A stretch of DNA of 56,718 bases from a virus (lineage: Duplodnaviria; Caudoviricetes): positions 1 through 56,718 of the IMG/VR virus record IMGVR_UViG_3300050343_000137; one strand, written 5' to 3'. The notes beneath the pieces were generated by a model, which saw nothing but the letters and a program-made list of their open reading frames with translations, was not told where the DNA came from and searched no databases. The translations under genes were made by a program, and so were the position numbers. Shown here one piece after another: positions 23,501 through 35,164 of the stretch. Numbering within the stretch: the first letter of the stretch is position 1; every line of letters begins with the position of its first letter.

Positions 23501-26197
23501 TAGTTCAGAGTACACAACAGGTAAGACAGAAAATGGAACACAAGGTCAATCTGGTGCTTACATTGAGTACACAGTTAACGGTGCAACTCCAGATATTCTT
23601 TACTACTATTGTGAATCACACTCTGGTATGGGTGGAACTGTTACAGTATTTGGTTCATCTTATGGTGATGCAGATGTTTATTCTTTCTTAGATGAAGGTA
23701 CTGGAATAACAATATCTTCTTCTGGAGAAATTGCTACAACAATTACTCAATACACAGACAGCGATGCACAAGGTGCAATAACTGTTACTGATGCAGGTGG
23801 TGACGGTTCTTTAGCTTACTCTGGTGGAACTTTAACTTACACAGGTCCAAGTGCCTCTGAAGTTAGAGCACATTTTTCTGCTAGCACTGGAATTACTATA
23901 TCTGGTTCTGGAGCAATATCATCAACAATAACTCAATATGCTGATTCAGATGTAGCTTCTTATTTAACAGCTAATAGTTATGCAACACAATCTTATGTAA
24001 CAACACAAGTAAACAATGTTATAGATTCAGCACCAGGCGCTCTTGATACTCTTAACGAACTAGCAGCAGCTTTAGGTGATGATGCTAACTTCTCTACTAC
24101 TGTTACTAACTCTATTGCTACAAAATTAGCCACATCAGATTTCACAAGTACAGCTAATACTTGGATAGCAACAAAAGACACAGATGATTTATCACAAGGA
24201 ACAACTAACAAATATTACGCTACAAGTTTATTTAATACTGATTTAGCTACAAAAGATACAGCTGACTTATCCGAAGGTACAAACTTATACTTCACTAACG
24301 CTAGAGCAGATGCACGAATTGCAGCTGCTAACTTAGAAGACCTATCTAACATAGGCTTCACAGCACCAGGCGCTACAGAAGACCAAAAAGTTGTTACTTG
24401 GGATAACTCTGCCGGTAGCTTTGCTTTATCATCTGTATCGGGATTATCTGGTTCTGGCGAGACAAACACAGCTTCTAACATTGGAACAGCAGGTGTAGGA
24501 ATCTTTGATGCTAAGGTCGGAGAAGACTTACAGTTTAAGAAACTAAATGCAGGTTCTGCAAAGATAACTATTACTGATGATACAAGTAACAATGAAGTAG
24601 ATATTAACTTAGGTACAGTATCAGTCGGAGATTTATCAGATGTAGACATTACAACTTCAGCTCCTTCTGATGGGCAAGCTCTTGTTTGGAATGCTTCTAA
24701 CAGTGAGTTTGAGCCAGGCACAGTAGCTTCCTCAACAAACTACTTCCAAAACATCGCAGTATCTGGACAAACAACTGTAGCTCCAGATAGCACAACTGAC
24801 ACACTTAACTTTGCAGCTGGTTCAAATATAACTATAACAACTGATGCATCAACAGATACAATTACAATTGCTTCTGCTGATACCAACACTCAGCTTACTC
24901 AAGAACAAGTAGAAGACTTCGCAGCTAATGTAGTAGTTGCTGGTGCAAACATAACTAAAACTTATGACGACTCAGCAGGAACTCTTACAATCGCCGCAAC
25001 TGGTGGTGCAGCAAACGCTTTCTCAACATTAGCCGTTGCTGGACAATCAAATGTAGTAGCTGATGCTACAACAGATACATTGACTCTTGCAGCTGGTACA
25101 GGTATGACCCTTACTACAGATGCAGGTTCAGATACAATAACATTTTGCTTCAACTGGTGGTGGTGGTGGTACAATGCCATTTACAGAATTTGATGGAACA
25201 ACAGATAACATAGTCTTTAAGTTATCAACAAATGCTGGTGCTTTACCAGTAACACTTGCAGGTGGTTCATCAGACCCAATAGAATGACTGCTACTCTCAA
25301 CATTAACTTCTTATGCTGATGCTGATGGTGATACAAAAATTGAAGTAGAAAGAACAACTGATAACGATACAGTACATATTAAAGCTGGTGGTACAGATGT
25401 TATAACTGCTACAAGCTCTGGAGTAACAGTAACTAACTTAACTGTTACTGGAACAACTACACAAGCTAACGAATTAAAGATTACAGATACTATTTTGAAT
25501 TAAATGCTGATGGTGGTTCATTAACTACTGATGCAGGAATGATTATAGAAAGAGGCTCTACTGGAAATGCAGATGCTGCATTTATATGGGATGAATCATC
25601 TGATTCTTTCGCAGTAGGACTTGTATCAGCAGATAGTTTTGTTAGCTTTACAAAAGCAAGTGGAACACCACAAGACTTACCAGTATCTAGTAACGAAATA
25701 GTATTTAACCATGCAGATGGTACAGCAGATAATATAGCAATAACATCGGGTAATTTAGATTTACACGCTGGTAACTTCTGACCCTATAGCTTCACAAGCA
25801 TACGGTCCAGAAACTGATATGAACATCAAGATGACAGATGCTACATTAAAAGCTAAGACACAAACTACAGGAGATAATACTATGTTGCTACAACAGCTTT
25901 CGTTCAAGGTACTTAGGCGGAGTTGAATCAGATACTGTTAAAGATGCTGATAACGATACAAAGATTGAAGTAGATGTTTCAGATGCAGATGAAATAGTAA
26001 TTACAACTGCTGGTCAAGAAAGAGCTAAGGTTGACAACAATGTTTCTATGTCAGCTAGAGGTGGTTTCTTTACACATAACTTAGCTATGCACGCATCAGA
26101 AACATTTACAATAGCTGCTACAGAAGGAACTGTTGCTGCTGGACCATTAGATGTACAAGGAACCGTAGATGTTCAAGGAAGTCTGGTAGTATTATAA
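20561..26197 (+). CDS. Giant multi-domain tail fibre / virion structural protein (indels near 20920, 25150 and beyond; may be more than one gene)
   Basis: IADGGTGA..ART.LGL, TDPTADRTITF, NLYYT..RA repeats, APGALDTLNELAAALGDD, cupredoxin-like domain; ends AGPLDVQGTVDVQGSLVVL*. Confidence 0.75.
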
Positions 26198-26207
26198 TGG
26201 GAGAATT

Positions 26208-26811
26208 ATGAGTACAGTACAAGTAGATGCAATCAACGAATCCACCACTAATGCTGGTGTAACTGTTGATGGTGTATTAATAAAAGATAGTACAGTTGAT
26301 GGCACAATAACAGACCTAGTTTCTACAGGAACTATGGCTTTAACTTCTGAGATTACAAGTGGATTAGTATTCGGTACAAACATTTAGATTAACAGCAGGA
26401 ATAGGTGGTAATGCTAGACCTAACATTGCATCTAACTGGGAAGTACCAGATACAGAAAATCAAGGCAATATGGGAAGTGTTGTATCTTCTGGTGTGTTTA
26501 CTTTTTAGAAACAGGATTATAAAGTTAATATTGCACAAGCTCAACTAATAGTAATGGAGCATCTGAAATGTACACTATTGAAGATTTAGAGATGGTTCTA
26601 ATGATAATTCACATATTCACAGGTACTGGTGGAAAGACATTATACACAACATATGAATGATAGTACCTTTGACTGCTTACAATAATTGATGTGACAAATG
26701 TAACTAATGATAACGCAGAGGTTTTATGCTGATGTAGATAGGTCAGATTGTGAACTAAGAGGAAGTACTAACAAAATACTTGTGTGAAATTTATTAATAG
26801 GAGCAACATAA
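26208..26811 (+). CDS. Short fibre-type protein, heavily frameshifted
   Basis: MSTVQVDAINESTTNAGVTVDGVLIKD start after a GGAG RBS; downstream reading is degraded. Confidence 0.45.
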
Positions 26812-27148
26812 TGACAATAGCTGTATCTGATGTTATGACAATACTTTAATCAAGGAAAAATGCAACGGTGGGGTTGGAAGATACTTCTGCTGGTGAATTT
26901 TAATTAATTAAAATGGATATAGATGAACAAGCACCAATGCCTACTGAAGATGTATTTCATTTAATCCAGATAGGTACATTTTCAGGTACAGGAAGATACA
27001 AAAATATGCTTATCCAGCAATTGCAGAACAATTGGATAAACTATTCCACGATATAGATGGTGGACTTTTAGGAGAAGATGCTAAGACAGGTTCTTTGTAT
27101 CTTGCCTTAAAAGAAGTAAAAGACGACAATCCGAAACCGAGTGAATAA
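26811..27148 (+). CDS. Fibre assembly chaperone-like protein, frameshifted
   Basis: C-terminus AYPAIAEQLDKLFHDIDGG..VKDDNPKPSE*, paralogous to 32741-33035. Confidence 0.5.
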
Positions 27149-28050
27149 TGGTAAGTAAAATAAAAGTAGATGAAATAGAATCCAGCCAATCTGGTGGTTC
27201 TATTGCATATAATTCTTCACTAAAGTTAAAACAATATACTACTGCACAGATAGATGCTCTTACTGGTATGACTGAAGGTGAAATGGTATATGATACTGAA
27301 GCCAACAAAATTAAATTTTATATGGGAACTGCTTGGCATGTTGCTGGAGACCCACCAGTCGGCACAGCCGTAGGTGGAACTCAAACAACTTCTGGTGGAT
27401 ATAAGATACATGCTTTTACTTCCTCTACAACATTCGTTGTTTCTGACGCAGCACTTTCTTGCGACTATCTAGTAGTTGCAGGTGGAGGAGCTGGTGGAGC
27501 TAGAATAGGTGGAGGCGGAGGAGCTGGTGGATATTTAGCTGGTTCTGGAGTAACTTTTGGCATTGGAACCTATAATGTTGTTGTTGGTGGAGGAGGAGCA
27601 GGTACTGTTGCTAACAATGACCAAAGAGGTGGTAATGGTGATGATTCATCTATAAGTGGTACAGGTGTAAGCGTTACTGCAACTGGTGGTGGCGGTGGTG
27701 GCTCTGGTGATGATAGTAATAATAACGCTGAAGATGCTGGTGGTGGCGGCGGTTCTGGCGGTGGTGGCTCTTGGACAAATGGTGGTGGAGGAGCTGGTCA
27801 ATCTGGTCAAGGTAATAATGGTGGTAATGGTCACGCAAGACTAGCATCACACGCTGGTGGTGGCGGAGGAGGCAAAGGTTCTTCTGGTAATAATGGTGAA
27901 ACTAATAGCGGTGGTCATGGTGGCACAGGTTTACAAAGTAGTATATCTGGTACAAATACTTATTACGCAGGTGGTGGCGGAGGTGCTGTTATAACAAGTG
28001 GTTACACGAGAGGTTCTGCTGGAAGCGGCGGTGGTGGTATAGGAGCATAA
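27148..28050 (+). CDS. Glycine-rich virion protein (paralog 1)
   Basis: KVDEI/LKQYTT/MVYDT..FY.G.AW N-module, YKIHAFTSS, DYLVVAGGG, Gly-rich body. Confidence 0.8.
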   Translation: MVSKIKVDEIESSQSGGSIAYNSSLKLKQYTTAQIDALTGMTEGEMVYDTEANKIKFYMGTAWHVAGDPPVGTAVGGTQTTSGGYKIHAFTSSTTFVVSDAALSCDYLVVAGGGAGGARIGGGGGAGGYLAGSGVTFGIGTYNVVVGGGGAGTVANNDQRGGNGDDSSISGTGVSVTATGGGGGGSGDDSNNNAEDAGGGGGSGGGGSWTNGGGGAGQSGQGNNGGNGHARLASHAGGGGGGKGSSGNNGETNSGGHGGTGLQSSISGTNTYYAGGGGGAVITSGYTRGSAGSGGGGIGA

Positions 28051-28640
28051 TGGCAACACATAGATTAATACATGTAACAAGAACAGGTAATGATACCGAT
28101 GGTTTAGCAGAGTTTACTAACGCTGATACTGTCTTATTGCCTACACACTCTTCAGACCCTACAGGTACAACTGAAGGGGAGATGATATATAACTCTACAG
28201 ATGACAAAATTAAAATATACGATGGCTCAGCTTGGGTAGTTGTTGGTAATACAACTGAACAAATACAAGACATTATTGGCGGTATGGTCACAGGTAACAC
28301 AGAAACTAATGTAACTGTTACTTATGACGATAGCGATGGAACTTTAGATTTTGTTGTATCAGCAGATAGCACAGCTATTGTTGATGGTGATAGTGATACA
28401 AAAATACAAGTAGATGAAAATGGTTCTGATGAAGATAAGATTAGATATGATGTAGCAGGTACTGAAGTAGCTGTACAAGATGGAAGTGGTATGGCTTTTA
28501 CTACTAACTCTGGAACAGTACGACATAATCAGACACAAGCTGCAACTTATACTATTCCTACAGGAGAAGGTCAATTAATGGCTGGTCCAGTATCAATTAC
28601 TGGAACCATAACAAACAATGGGACATTGGTGATTATATAA
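28050..28640 (+). CDS. Fibre adaptor-like virion protein
   Basis: TEQIQDIIGGMV, VTYDDSDGTLDF, DGDSDTKIQV; ends AGPVSITGTITNNGTLVII. Confidence 0.7.
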   Translation: MATHRLIHVTRTGNDTDGLAEFTNADTVLLPTHSSDPTGTTEGEMIYNSTDDKIKIYDGSAWVVVGNTTEQIQDIIGGMVTGNTETNVTVTYDDSDGTLDFVVSADSTAIVDGDSDTKIQVDENGSDEDKIRYDVAGTEVAVQDGSGMAFTTNSGTVRHNQTQAATYTIPTGEGQLMAGPVSITGTITNNGTLVII

Positions 28641-28831
28641 TGGCTACTTTAAAAGTAAATACAATATCTAAAAGCTCTGGCAATAATGTTTCTATGCAAG
28701 ACCCTCTGAACTTAAAGTCATATACGACTACACAGAGAAACGCATTAACAAGTGCTGCTGGAGATATGATATATAACGAAACAGATAACAAAGTACAATT
28801 TTATAACGGCACAGCGTGGAATGATTTATAA
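28640..28831 (+). CDS. Stand-alone N-module of the glycine-rich paralog family
   Basis: 63 aa closely similar to the N-termini at 28831, 29822 and 30847 but with no Gly domain. Confidence 0.75.
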   Translation: MATLKVNTISKSSGNNVSMQDPLNLKSYTTTQRNALTSAAGDMIYNETDNKVQFYNGTAWNDL

Positions 28832-29822
28832 TGTCCACTCTCGAAACAAACTCTATAGGTAAATACTCTGGTAACAATGTATCAGTTGATGATAGTTTAA
28901 ATTTAAAGTCATATGACACAGCTGGTAGAAATGCACTTACATCACAAGCTGGTGATACGATATACAACTCTGACTACAGGAAAATAGATTTTTACAATGG
29001 TTCAGCTTGGGTAGCAAGTGGTGCTACTTCATGTTACAATAGAATATTTAATTATTGCTGGTGGAGGTAGTGGTGGAGGTTCTAATCAAACTGGCTCTGG
29101 TGGTGGTGGAGCTGGAGGTTATCGCAATTCTTATAACAGTGAAACTTCTGGTGCGAATAGTTCTAGTGAAACTGCTTTGACTGTTACTGATAATACAAAT
29201 CTTACTGTTACAGTTGGTGCTGGTGGACCAGCTAATACTACAAGTCAAGGTTATTCTACAAATGGATTTGATAGTGTATTTTCATCAATAACATCATTAG
29301 GTGGAGGTGCTTCTCATACAAACGCTGCTGCTAAAGCTGGTGGTTCTGGTGGTGGAGCAGGTTATCAATCATCATCTACTGCTCTTGGACAAGCAAATCA
29401 AGGTAGCAATGGTGGTGCAGGTAGAACTGGAAACCCATACGCAGGTGGTGGTGGTGGTGGAGCTGGTGCTGCTGGTTCTAAATGGTGGAAATGGTTTAGC
29501 TTCATCTATAACTAACACATCAGTCACAAGAGGTGGTGGAGGAGCTGCTGGTCATCAAGGCAGTATAACAGCAGGAACTGCTGGTACTGGTGGTGGAGGA
29601 ACACAAGGTGGAGGAAATGGTACTTCTTATACTGGTGGTGGTGGAGGTGGAACAGGTGGTAGTTCGCCGGGTAATGGAGGAAGTGGTGTCGTTATACTTA
29701 GTTATCCAAGTGATAAAACTATTTCGTTTGCTGGTGGAGCATCTAGTTCTGCTGGAGAACAAACAGTTGGTTCAAGAAAATATGTAGAAATACAAACAAG
29801 TGGAACAGTGAGCTTTGCATAA
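28831..29822 (+). CDS. Glycine-rich virion protein (paralog 2; two indels)
   Basis: ORFs 28831, 29018 and 29301 join: N-module, EYLIIAGGG, GGSGVVILSYP. Confidence 0.78.
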
Positions 29823-30841
29823 TGAGTGAATTAAAAACAAATAAGATTTCAACAAATGATACAAACAATGTAGCAATAGATACTGCACTTGGATTAAAGT
29901 CATACGATACAACTGGTAGAGATGCTTTAACATCTGTTGCTGGTGATATGATTTACAATACTACTGACAATAAATTAAATTATTACAATGGTTCATCTTG
30001 GGTAGAAACAAGTTCAACACCAGCTTTTACAATTTCTTATTTAGTAATAGCAGCTGGTGGTGGTTCTCCAGCAAGTCCTAATAGAGGTGGAGCTGGTGCT
30101 GGGGGTTATAGAAATAGTTATGCTTCTGAAACTTCTGGTGCTGGAAGTTCAACAGAAACACCATTATCTTTAGCATTATCTACAAACTATACAGTAACTG
30201 TAGGTGCAGGTGGTACAGGTACTGGGAATGATTCAGTATTTGCAACTATAACATCTGATGGTGGTGGTCAAGGTGGTTCAGCTGGTGGTTCTGGTGGTGG
30301 TGGTTATTACAATAATGGTTCTGGTGGTGCAGGTACAGCTAATCAAGGTAATGCTGGTGGTAATGTATCTGGTAATGGAAATCCTTATGGTACTGGTGGA
30401 GGTGGTGGAGCTGGAGGTGCTGGTGGTACTGGAGGTGGCTCATCTGTTGGTGCTGGTGGAGTTGGTTTAGAATCTTCTATAACAGGAACAGCAACTTATC
30501 GTGCAGGTGGTGGTGGTGGTTCATCTGAAGGTGGAGGTAGAGGTTCTGGTGGTAATGGTGGTGGAGGTATAGGTTCTAACGATAGAACTAGTGGTGGCAA
30601 CAATGGTGCAGGTGGTACTAATACAGGTGGTGGAGCTGGTGGTACTTCAGGTTATCAAGGAAGTAACAATATAGTTGCTAGAAATGGTGGAAGTGGAATA
30701 GTTATTATAAGATTTCCTTTTCAATATGGTATTACCATAGGAGCAGGATTAACTGCGACAGTAGGTGCTATAGGTAATAGCACTGATAAAATAGTAACAT
30801 TTACAGAAGGTACAGGAAATGTTAGTTTTACAGAAATATAA
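29822..30841 (+). CDS. Glycine-rich virion protein (paralog 3, intact)
   Basis: N-module, SYLVIAAGG, GGYRNSY.SETSG, GGSGIVIIRFP. Confidence 0.82.
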   Translation: MSELKTNKISTNDTNNVAIDTALGLKSYDTTGRDALTSVAGDMIYNTTDNKLNYYNGSSWVETSSTPAFTISYLVIAAGGGSPASPNRGGAGAGGYRNSYASETSGAGSSTETPLSLALSTNYTVTVGAGGTGTGNDSVFATITSDGGGQGGSAGGSGGGGYYNNGSGGAGTANQGNAGGNVSGNGNPYGTGGGGGAGGAGGTGGGSSVGAGGVGLESSITGTATYRAGGGGGSSEGGGRGSGGNGGGGIGSNDRTSGGNNGAGGTNTGGGAGGTSGYQGSNNIVARNGGSGIVIIRFPFQYGITIGAGLTATVGAIGNSTDKIVTFTEGTGNVSFTEI

Positions 30842-30846
30842 AAATA

Positions 30847-31930
30847 ATGAGTAGATTAAAAGTAGATAACATAGAAGCAAGAAGTGGTAATAACATTTCA
30901 ATGGATGACCCGTTGGCATTGAAATCTTATACAAACGCTCAAAGAGATGCTTTATCTAATCCTCAAGCTGGAGATACAATACAATTTACAACTCGGATGA
31001 AGGAACTATAGATTATTACAACGGAACAGCTTGGTTTTCGAGTTCTTCAAACACATTCGGTGTTTCAATTTCATATTTAGTTATTGCTGGTGGCGGTGGA
31101 GGTAGAGGTTCTACTGCATCTGGAGGTGGTGGAGGAGCTGGTGGTTACAGAAGCTCTTTTTCTACAGAAACTTCTGGTGGCGGTGGTTCTACTGAAACTC
31201 CTCTAACTGTTCTTTTTAATACAAATTTACTTGTAAAAGTTGGGGCAGGAGGACCTTCTGGCGTTAATGGAATTAATTCAGTATTTTCATCAATAACTTC
31301 TATAGGTGGTGGTGACGGTGGAGGTGTAGGTGCTGACGGTTCTGCACAATCGGCTGGTGACACTGGTGGCTCTGGCGGAGGTGGTCGTACAAATGCTGGC
31401 GCAGGAGGAGCAGGAACACCAGGTCAAGGTTATGATGGTGGTAATGCTAACTAGTACAGGAAACTTGCTAGCTGGTGGTGGTGGTGGCTGCTGGTTCTGT
31501 GGAGAAAGTCCAGCAACAGGTAATAATGATAATGGTGGTAATGGAGGTTCTGGAACAGCTTCTTCTATAACAGGGTCAAGCATTACAAGAGCTGGCGGAG
31601 GTGGTGGTGGTAACAATGCAGTTACTGTCGGCGGTACAGGTCAAGCAGGTGGTGGTAATGGTGCTTATGGAACATCAAGTCCTAATAATATTGGTCACAA
31701 TGCAACTGTTAACACAGGTAGTGGTGGCGGTGGTGGTGGTAACACTGGTACTTCAACTTCTGGTGGAGGTAATGGTGGCTCTGGAGTAGTAATTTTAAAT
31801 GGACTTACTTCTGATGCAACATATAGGAGCAACAAGAACTGGTCTTACAGATGGTGGTGTACAAACATCTGGTTCAGATTATAGTTATATAATCTTTACA
31901 CAAGGTACAGGAACAGTGAGCTTCTCATAA
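30847..31930 (+). CDS. Glycine-rich virion protein (paralog 4; several indels)
   Basis: MSRLKVDNIEARSGNNISMDDPLALKSY start, SYLVIAGGG, GGSGVVIL, ends GTGTVSFS*. Confidence 0.72.
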
Positions 31931-31980
31931 TGACAAATTTTTAAAAACCTCTATTAAGATAAACAAGATAGGAGAATAAT

Positions 31981-32385
31981 ATGGCTCATTACGCCTTTCT
32001 TAACGACAACAATATAGTAACTGAAGTTATTGTAGGTAAAGACGAGTCTGATACCGATACACTTCCAGAAGGCTTTGATAGCTGGGAAGCTTGGTATGCA
32101 GATTTTCGTGGACAAACTTGCAAAAGAACTTCTTACAACACTGTTGGCAATTCTCATACCTTAGATGGAACACCGTTCCGTGGTAATTATGCAGGAATCG
32201 GTTTCACTTATGATGAAGACGAAGATGCATTTTATCCAGCGAAACCATATGCTAGTTGGACACTTAGTGACGACTATGTATGGGAAGCTCCAAATGCTTA
32301 TCCAGATGATGGAGAAGCTTATATTTGGAACGAGAATGCTTATAACGGTGACAATTCTGAAGGTTGGGAATTAGTCAATGAGTAG
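31981..32385 (+). CDS. Partner protein of the Gly-rich fibres (MAHYA-type)
   Basis: MAHYAFLNDNNIVTEVIVG, RTSYN, FRGNYAGIG.TYD...DAFYP; AGGAG RBS. Confidence 0.75.
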   Translation: MAHYAFLNDNNIVTEVIVGKDESDTDTLPEGFDSWEAWYADFRGQTCKRTSYNTVGNSHTLDGTPFRGNYAGIGFTYDEDEDAFYPAKPYASWTLSDDYVWEAPNAYPDDGEAYIWNENAYNGDNSEGWELVNE

Positions 32386-32741
32386 TGAACTAAAAGTAGA
32401 TACAATATCAAACAAGTAGTAAAATATTAGTTTTAATTGCACAAGAATACAATTTTTCAGCATCAAATACTACTTTTATAAAAGCTGGAATTAAAGTTGT
32501 AAGAACTATTGGTGCTACAGCTACTGATATTAAAGAAACTTCTGGATTGACACTTAATTCTGGTTCTGGTAGTGCTGCTCAATTTGGTGGTATTTTACCA
32601 ATAACTATTTTAGATAGCCCATCAACTACATCTTCTGTAACTTATAAAACTCAACAGCATAAAGAAGCTACTGATACTTCAATATCTACTCAATCAGCAA
32701 GTGAAAAAAGTACAATAACATTAATTGAGATAGGTGCATAA
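32378..32741 (+). CDS. Short fibre protein, apparently internally deleted
   Basis: MSSELKVDTIS is joined out of frame to TSSKILVL...LDSPSTTSSVTYK...STITLIEIGA. Confidence 0.55.
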
Positions 32742-33035
32742 TGGCAATAACTAAATTGGAAGCTATAAAAAGTTTTAGAACCTAATGCTGAATTTGTTAT
32801 TTCTGGTGATGTCATAACAGAATGGCATAGTGAAGATATAACTCAACCTACTGATGAAGCTATTACTGCTGAACAAGAAAGATTACAAGGTTTATATGAC
32901 GGTGAAGAGTATAAAAGAAATAGAGCTAACGAGTATCCATCAATAGCAGACCAGCTTGATGACATTTTTCATAATGGACTTGATGCTTGGAAAGCTACAA
33001 TACAAACAACAAAAGATAAATACCCTAAGGAATAA
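32741..33035 (+). CDS. Fibre assembly chaperone-like protein (one indel)
   Basis: EPNAEFVI, QPTDEAI.AE..RL, YKRNRANEYPSIADQLD...KDKYPKE*. Confidence 0.65.
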
Positions 33036-33038
33036 TAA

Positions 33039-33419
33039 ATGAGTACAACATACGGAAATAGACCTATAAGAGTAAGATTTGAGAGTAATAACAGTGATGG
33101 TATTGCAGAGTTTTTTGACGGTTCTGAAACAGGAGCCTCTGGAATACAATTGCCTAAATTTTCTACAACAGAACGAAATGCATACTCTGCTTCTGCTGGT
33201 GAAATAATATACAATGAAACAACAAATAAAATTCAAATTTATAATGGTTCTGCTTGGGGTGATGTAGATACAGACACTGATACTACATTAACATTAATAG
33301 ATGAAGACAATATGAGTTCTGATTCGGCTACCTCTGTACCCTCGCAACAATCAGTAAAAGCGTATGTTGATGCAAATAAAGGTGCATCAATCGGAATAAT
33401 AATCGCATTAGGAGATTAA
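33039..33419 (+). CDS. Fibre adaptor-like virion protein
   Basis: RPIRV..GIAEF N-motif, DEDNMSSDSAT.VPSQQSVKAYVD, ends IIIALGD. Confidence 0.72.
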   Translation: MSTTYGNRPIRVRFESNNSDGIAEFFDGSETGASGIQLPKFSTTERNAYSASAGEIIYNETTNKIQIYNGSAWGDVDTDTDTTLTLIDEDNMSSDSATSVPSQQSVKAYVDANKGASIGIIIALGD

Positions 33420-33420
33420 A

Positions 33421-33750
33421 ATGGCAGAGACATTTCACTCAATCAATGCAGCGTTAGGAAATACAGCAGATGTTGCTGTACACACTAACAATACAAGCAA
33501 TAAACAAATAATCATATTATGTCAAGTAGCTAATGTTCACGGAACAAACTCTGCTGATGTCAATATAGATTATTATGACCAATCAGCTACTTCAGCTAAG
33601 GCATTAACATCTACTGTTGCTGTCCCTGCTGATTCAGCTATTAATCCAATAGGTGGAAAGTTAGTTCTTGAACCTAATGATGAATTTAGAGCTTGGGCTT
33701 CTGCTGCAAATGATTTAGAAATAGTTATAAGTTACATAGAAATATCATAG
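33421..33750 (+). CDS. Small beta-rich virion protein
   Basis: MAETF.., VANVHGTNSADV, KLVLEPND, SYIEIS; this type typically follows IALG-ending genes. Confidence 0.7.
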   Translation: MAETFHSINAALGNTADVAVHTNNTSNKQIIILCQVANVHGTNSADVNIDYYDQSATSAKALTSTVAVPADSAINPIGGKLVLEPNDEFRAWASAANDLEIVISYIEIS

Positions 33751-33756
33751 GTAATT

Positions 33757-34671
33757 ATGGGTAGAAGAAGATTCGGTCATATAGGTACCAAAGTAAAAGA
33801 TATTTCGCAAACTAACGCAAACAACTCTGGTATTTTTGATATTAATGAAGTAGCAATATTAGTAGCAGAAGATAAATGGAGAAAGTTCAACACACAAGAT
33901 ATAGAGTATCTAGTTATATCTGGTGGTGGAGGTTCTTGGAATGGAGGAGGAGCTGGTGGTTATTTTAAAACCAACACAGTATCTTTAACCTCTGGAGACA
34001 CATTTACAGTTACAGTTGGAAATGGTGGAGCTTCTCATTCAAACGGCGGAACATCCAAAATAGAAGATTCTAGTAGCAATGTCGTTGATAGCGGTAATGC
34101 AACTATGGCAGGTGGTGTTCGTGGTGGTTCTCCGGGTGGTGGAGGATTAAGCGGTAATGTAGGTTCTGGAGGTGGCTCTGGACAAGGTGGTGGTACAGGT
34201 TCTTTAGGTGGTAATGGTGGCTCTGGTACAAACTCTTATACAGCAGGTGGTGGAGCTGGTGGTGCTGTAGGTAACGGCAGTAATGGTGGAGGAGCTTGGA
34301 ATACTGGCGGTAATGGTGGTGGCGGAACAGGTGCATTTTCAACTTGGGCTTCTGGAGCTGGTGTAGGTGGTTCTGGTGGTAATTTTTGTGGTGGAGGTGC
34401 TGGAGGTTCTACTTCTGGTAATCATTCTAATGGAGGCTCTGGTGGTGGAGGTATGGGTAGACCCGATAACTCTGGTCACAACGGAGGAACAAACACAGGT
34501 GGTGGCGGTGGTGGAGAAGTTAATCTTGGGAACCAAGGAGGTTCTGGAATGGTATATGTTAGAATACCAAGTGATAAAACATTATCTGCTACAACTGGAA
34601 GCCCAACAGTAGGAACTGATTCCAACTATAGATATTATGGTTGGACTGGAAGTGGGAGTTTTACAGTATAA
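33757..34671 (+). CDS. Glycine-rich virion protein (different N-terminus)
   Basis: SGIFDINE, IEYLVISGGG, GGSGMVYVR, GSPT, YRYYGWTGSGSFTV. Confidence 0.8.
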   Translation: MGRRRFGHIGTKVKDISQTNANNSGIFDINEVAILVAEDKWRKFNTQDIEYLVISGGGGSWNGGGAGGYFKTNTVSLTSGDTFTVTVGNGGASHSNGGTSKIEDSSSNVVDSGNATMAGGVRGGSPGGGGLSGNVGSGGGSGQGGGTGSLGGNGGSGTNSYTAGGGAGGAVGNGSNGGGAWNTGGNGGGGTGAFSTWASGAGVGGSGGNFCGGGAGGSTSGNHSNGGSGGGGMGRPDNSGHNGGTNTGGGGGGEVNLGNQGGSGMVYVRIPSDKTLSATTGSPTVGTDSNYRYYGWTGSGSFTV

Positions 34672-35045
34672 TGGCACATTTTGCAGAATTAAATGAAGAA
34701 AATGTTGTTCTTAGAGTAACCGTCATTCATAACAATGAAATGTTAGATGAGGATGGTAATGAACAAGAATCAAATGGTGTTGAGTTTTTACAATCTTTGT
34801 ATGGAGAAGATACTATTTGGAAAAAATGCTCTTATAACACTTATGGTAACAAGTATTGGGTAATGGAAATGCAAGAAGATAATTTTGAAAAGAAAGTAGA
34901 AGGCGACCAATCTAAAGTTTTTAGAGGTAACTATCCAGCAGAAGATTATATTTACGATTCAGAAAATGATGTATTTGTAGCACCAGAACCCGATGAAGAT
35001 TATACATTAAACGAAACTACTTGGTTGTGGGAACAAGATGAATAA
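34671..35045 (+). CDS. Partner protein (MAHFAEL-type)
   Basis: MAHFAELNEENVVLRV, WKKCSYNT, FRGNYP; paralog of 31981. Confidence 0.75.
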   Translation: MAHFAELNEENVVLRVTVIHNNEMLDEDGNEQESNGVEFLQSLYGEDTIWKKCSYNTYGNKYWVMEMQEDNFEKKVEGDQSKVFRGNYPAEDYIYDSENDVFVAPEPDEDYTLNETTWLWEQDE

Positions 35046-35164
35046 AAACCCTAAATTACAATACGCTGTGTTAATATAGTTAAAACTCTATAAGAAGTAA
35101 AAACATCAACATTTGACGTGGTATAATCATAGTAACAATCTAATACAAGATGGAGAAACAATAA

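Noticed and set aside
21593-34612. Antisense and alternate-frame ORFs over fibre and Gly-rich genes
   Set aside because: They are shadows of biased GGT/ACT codon repeats, with no RBS or motifs.
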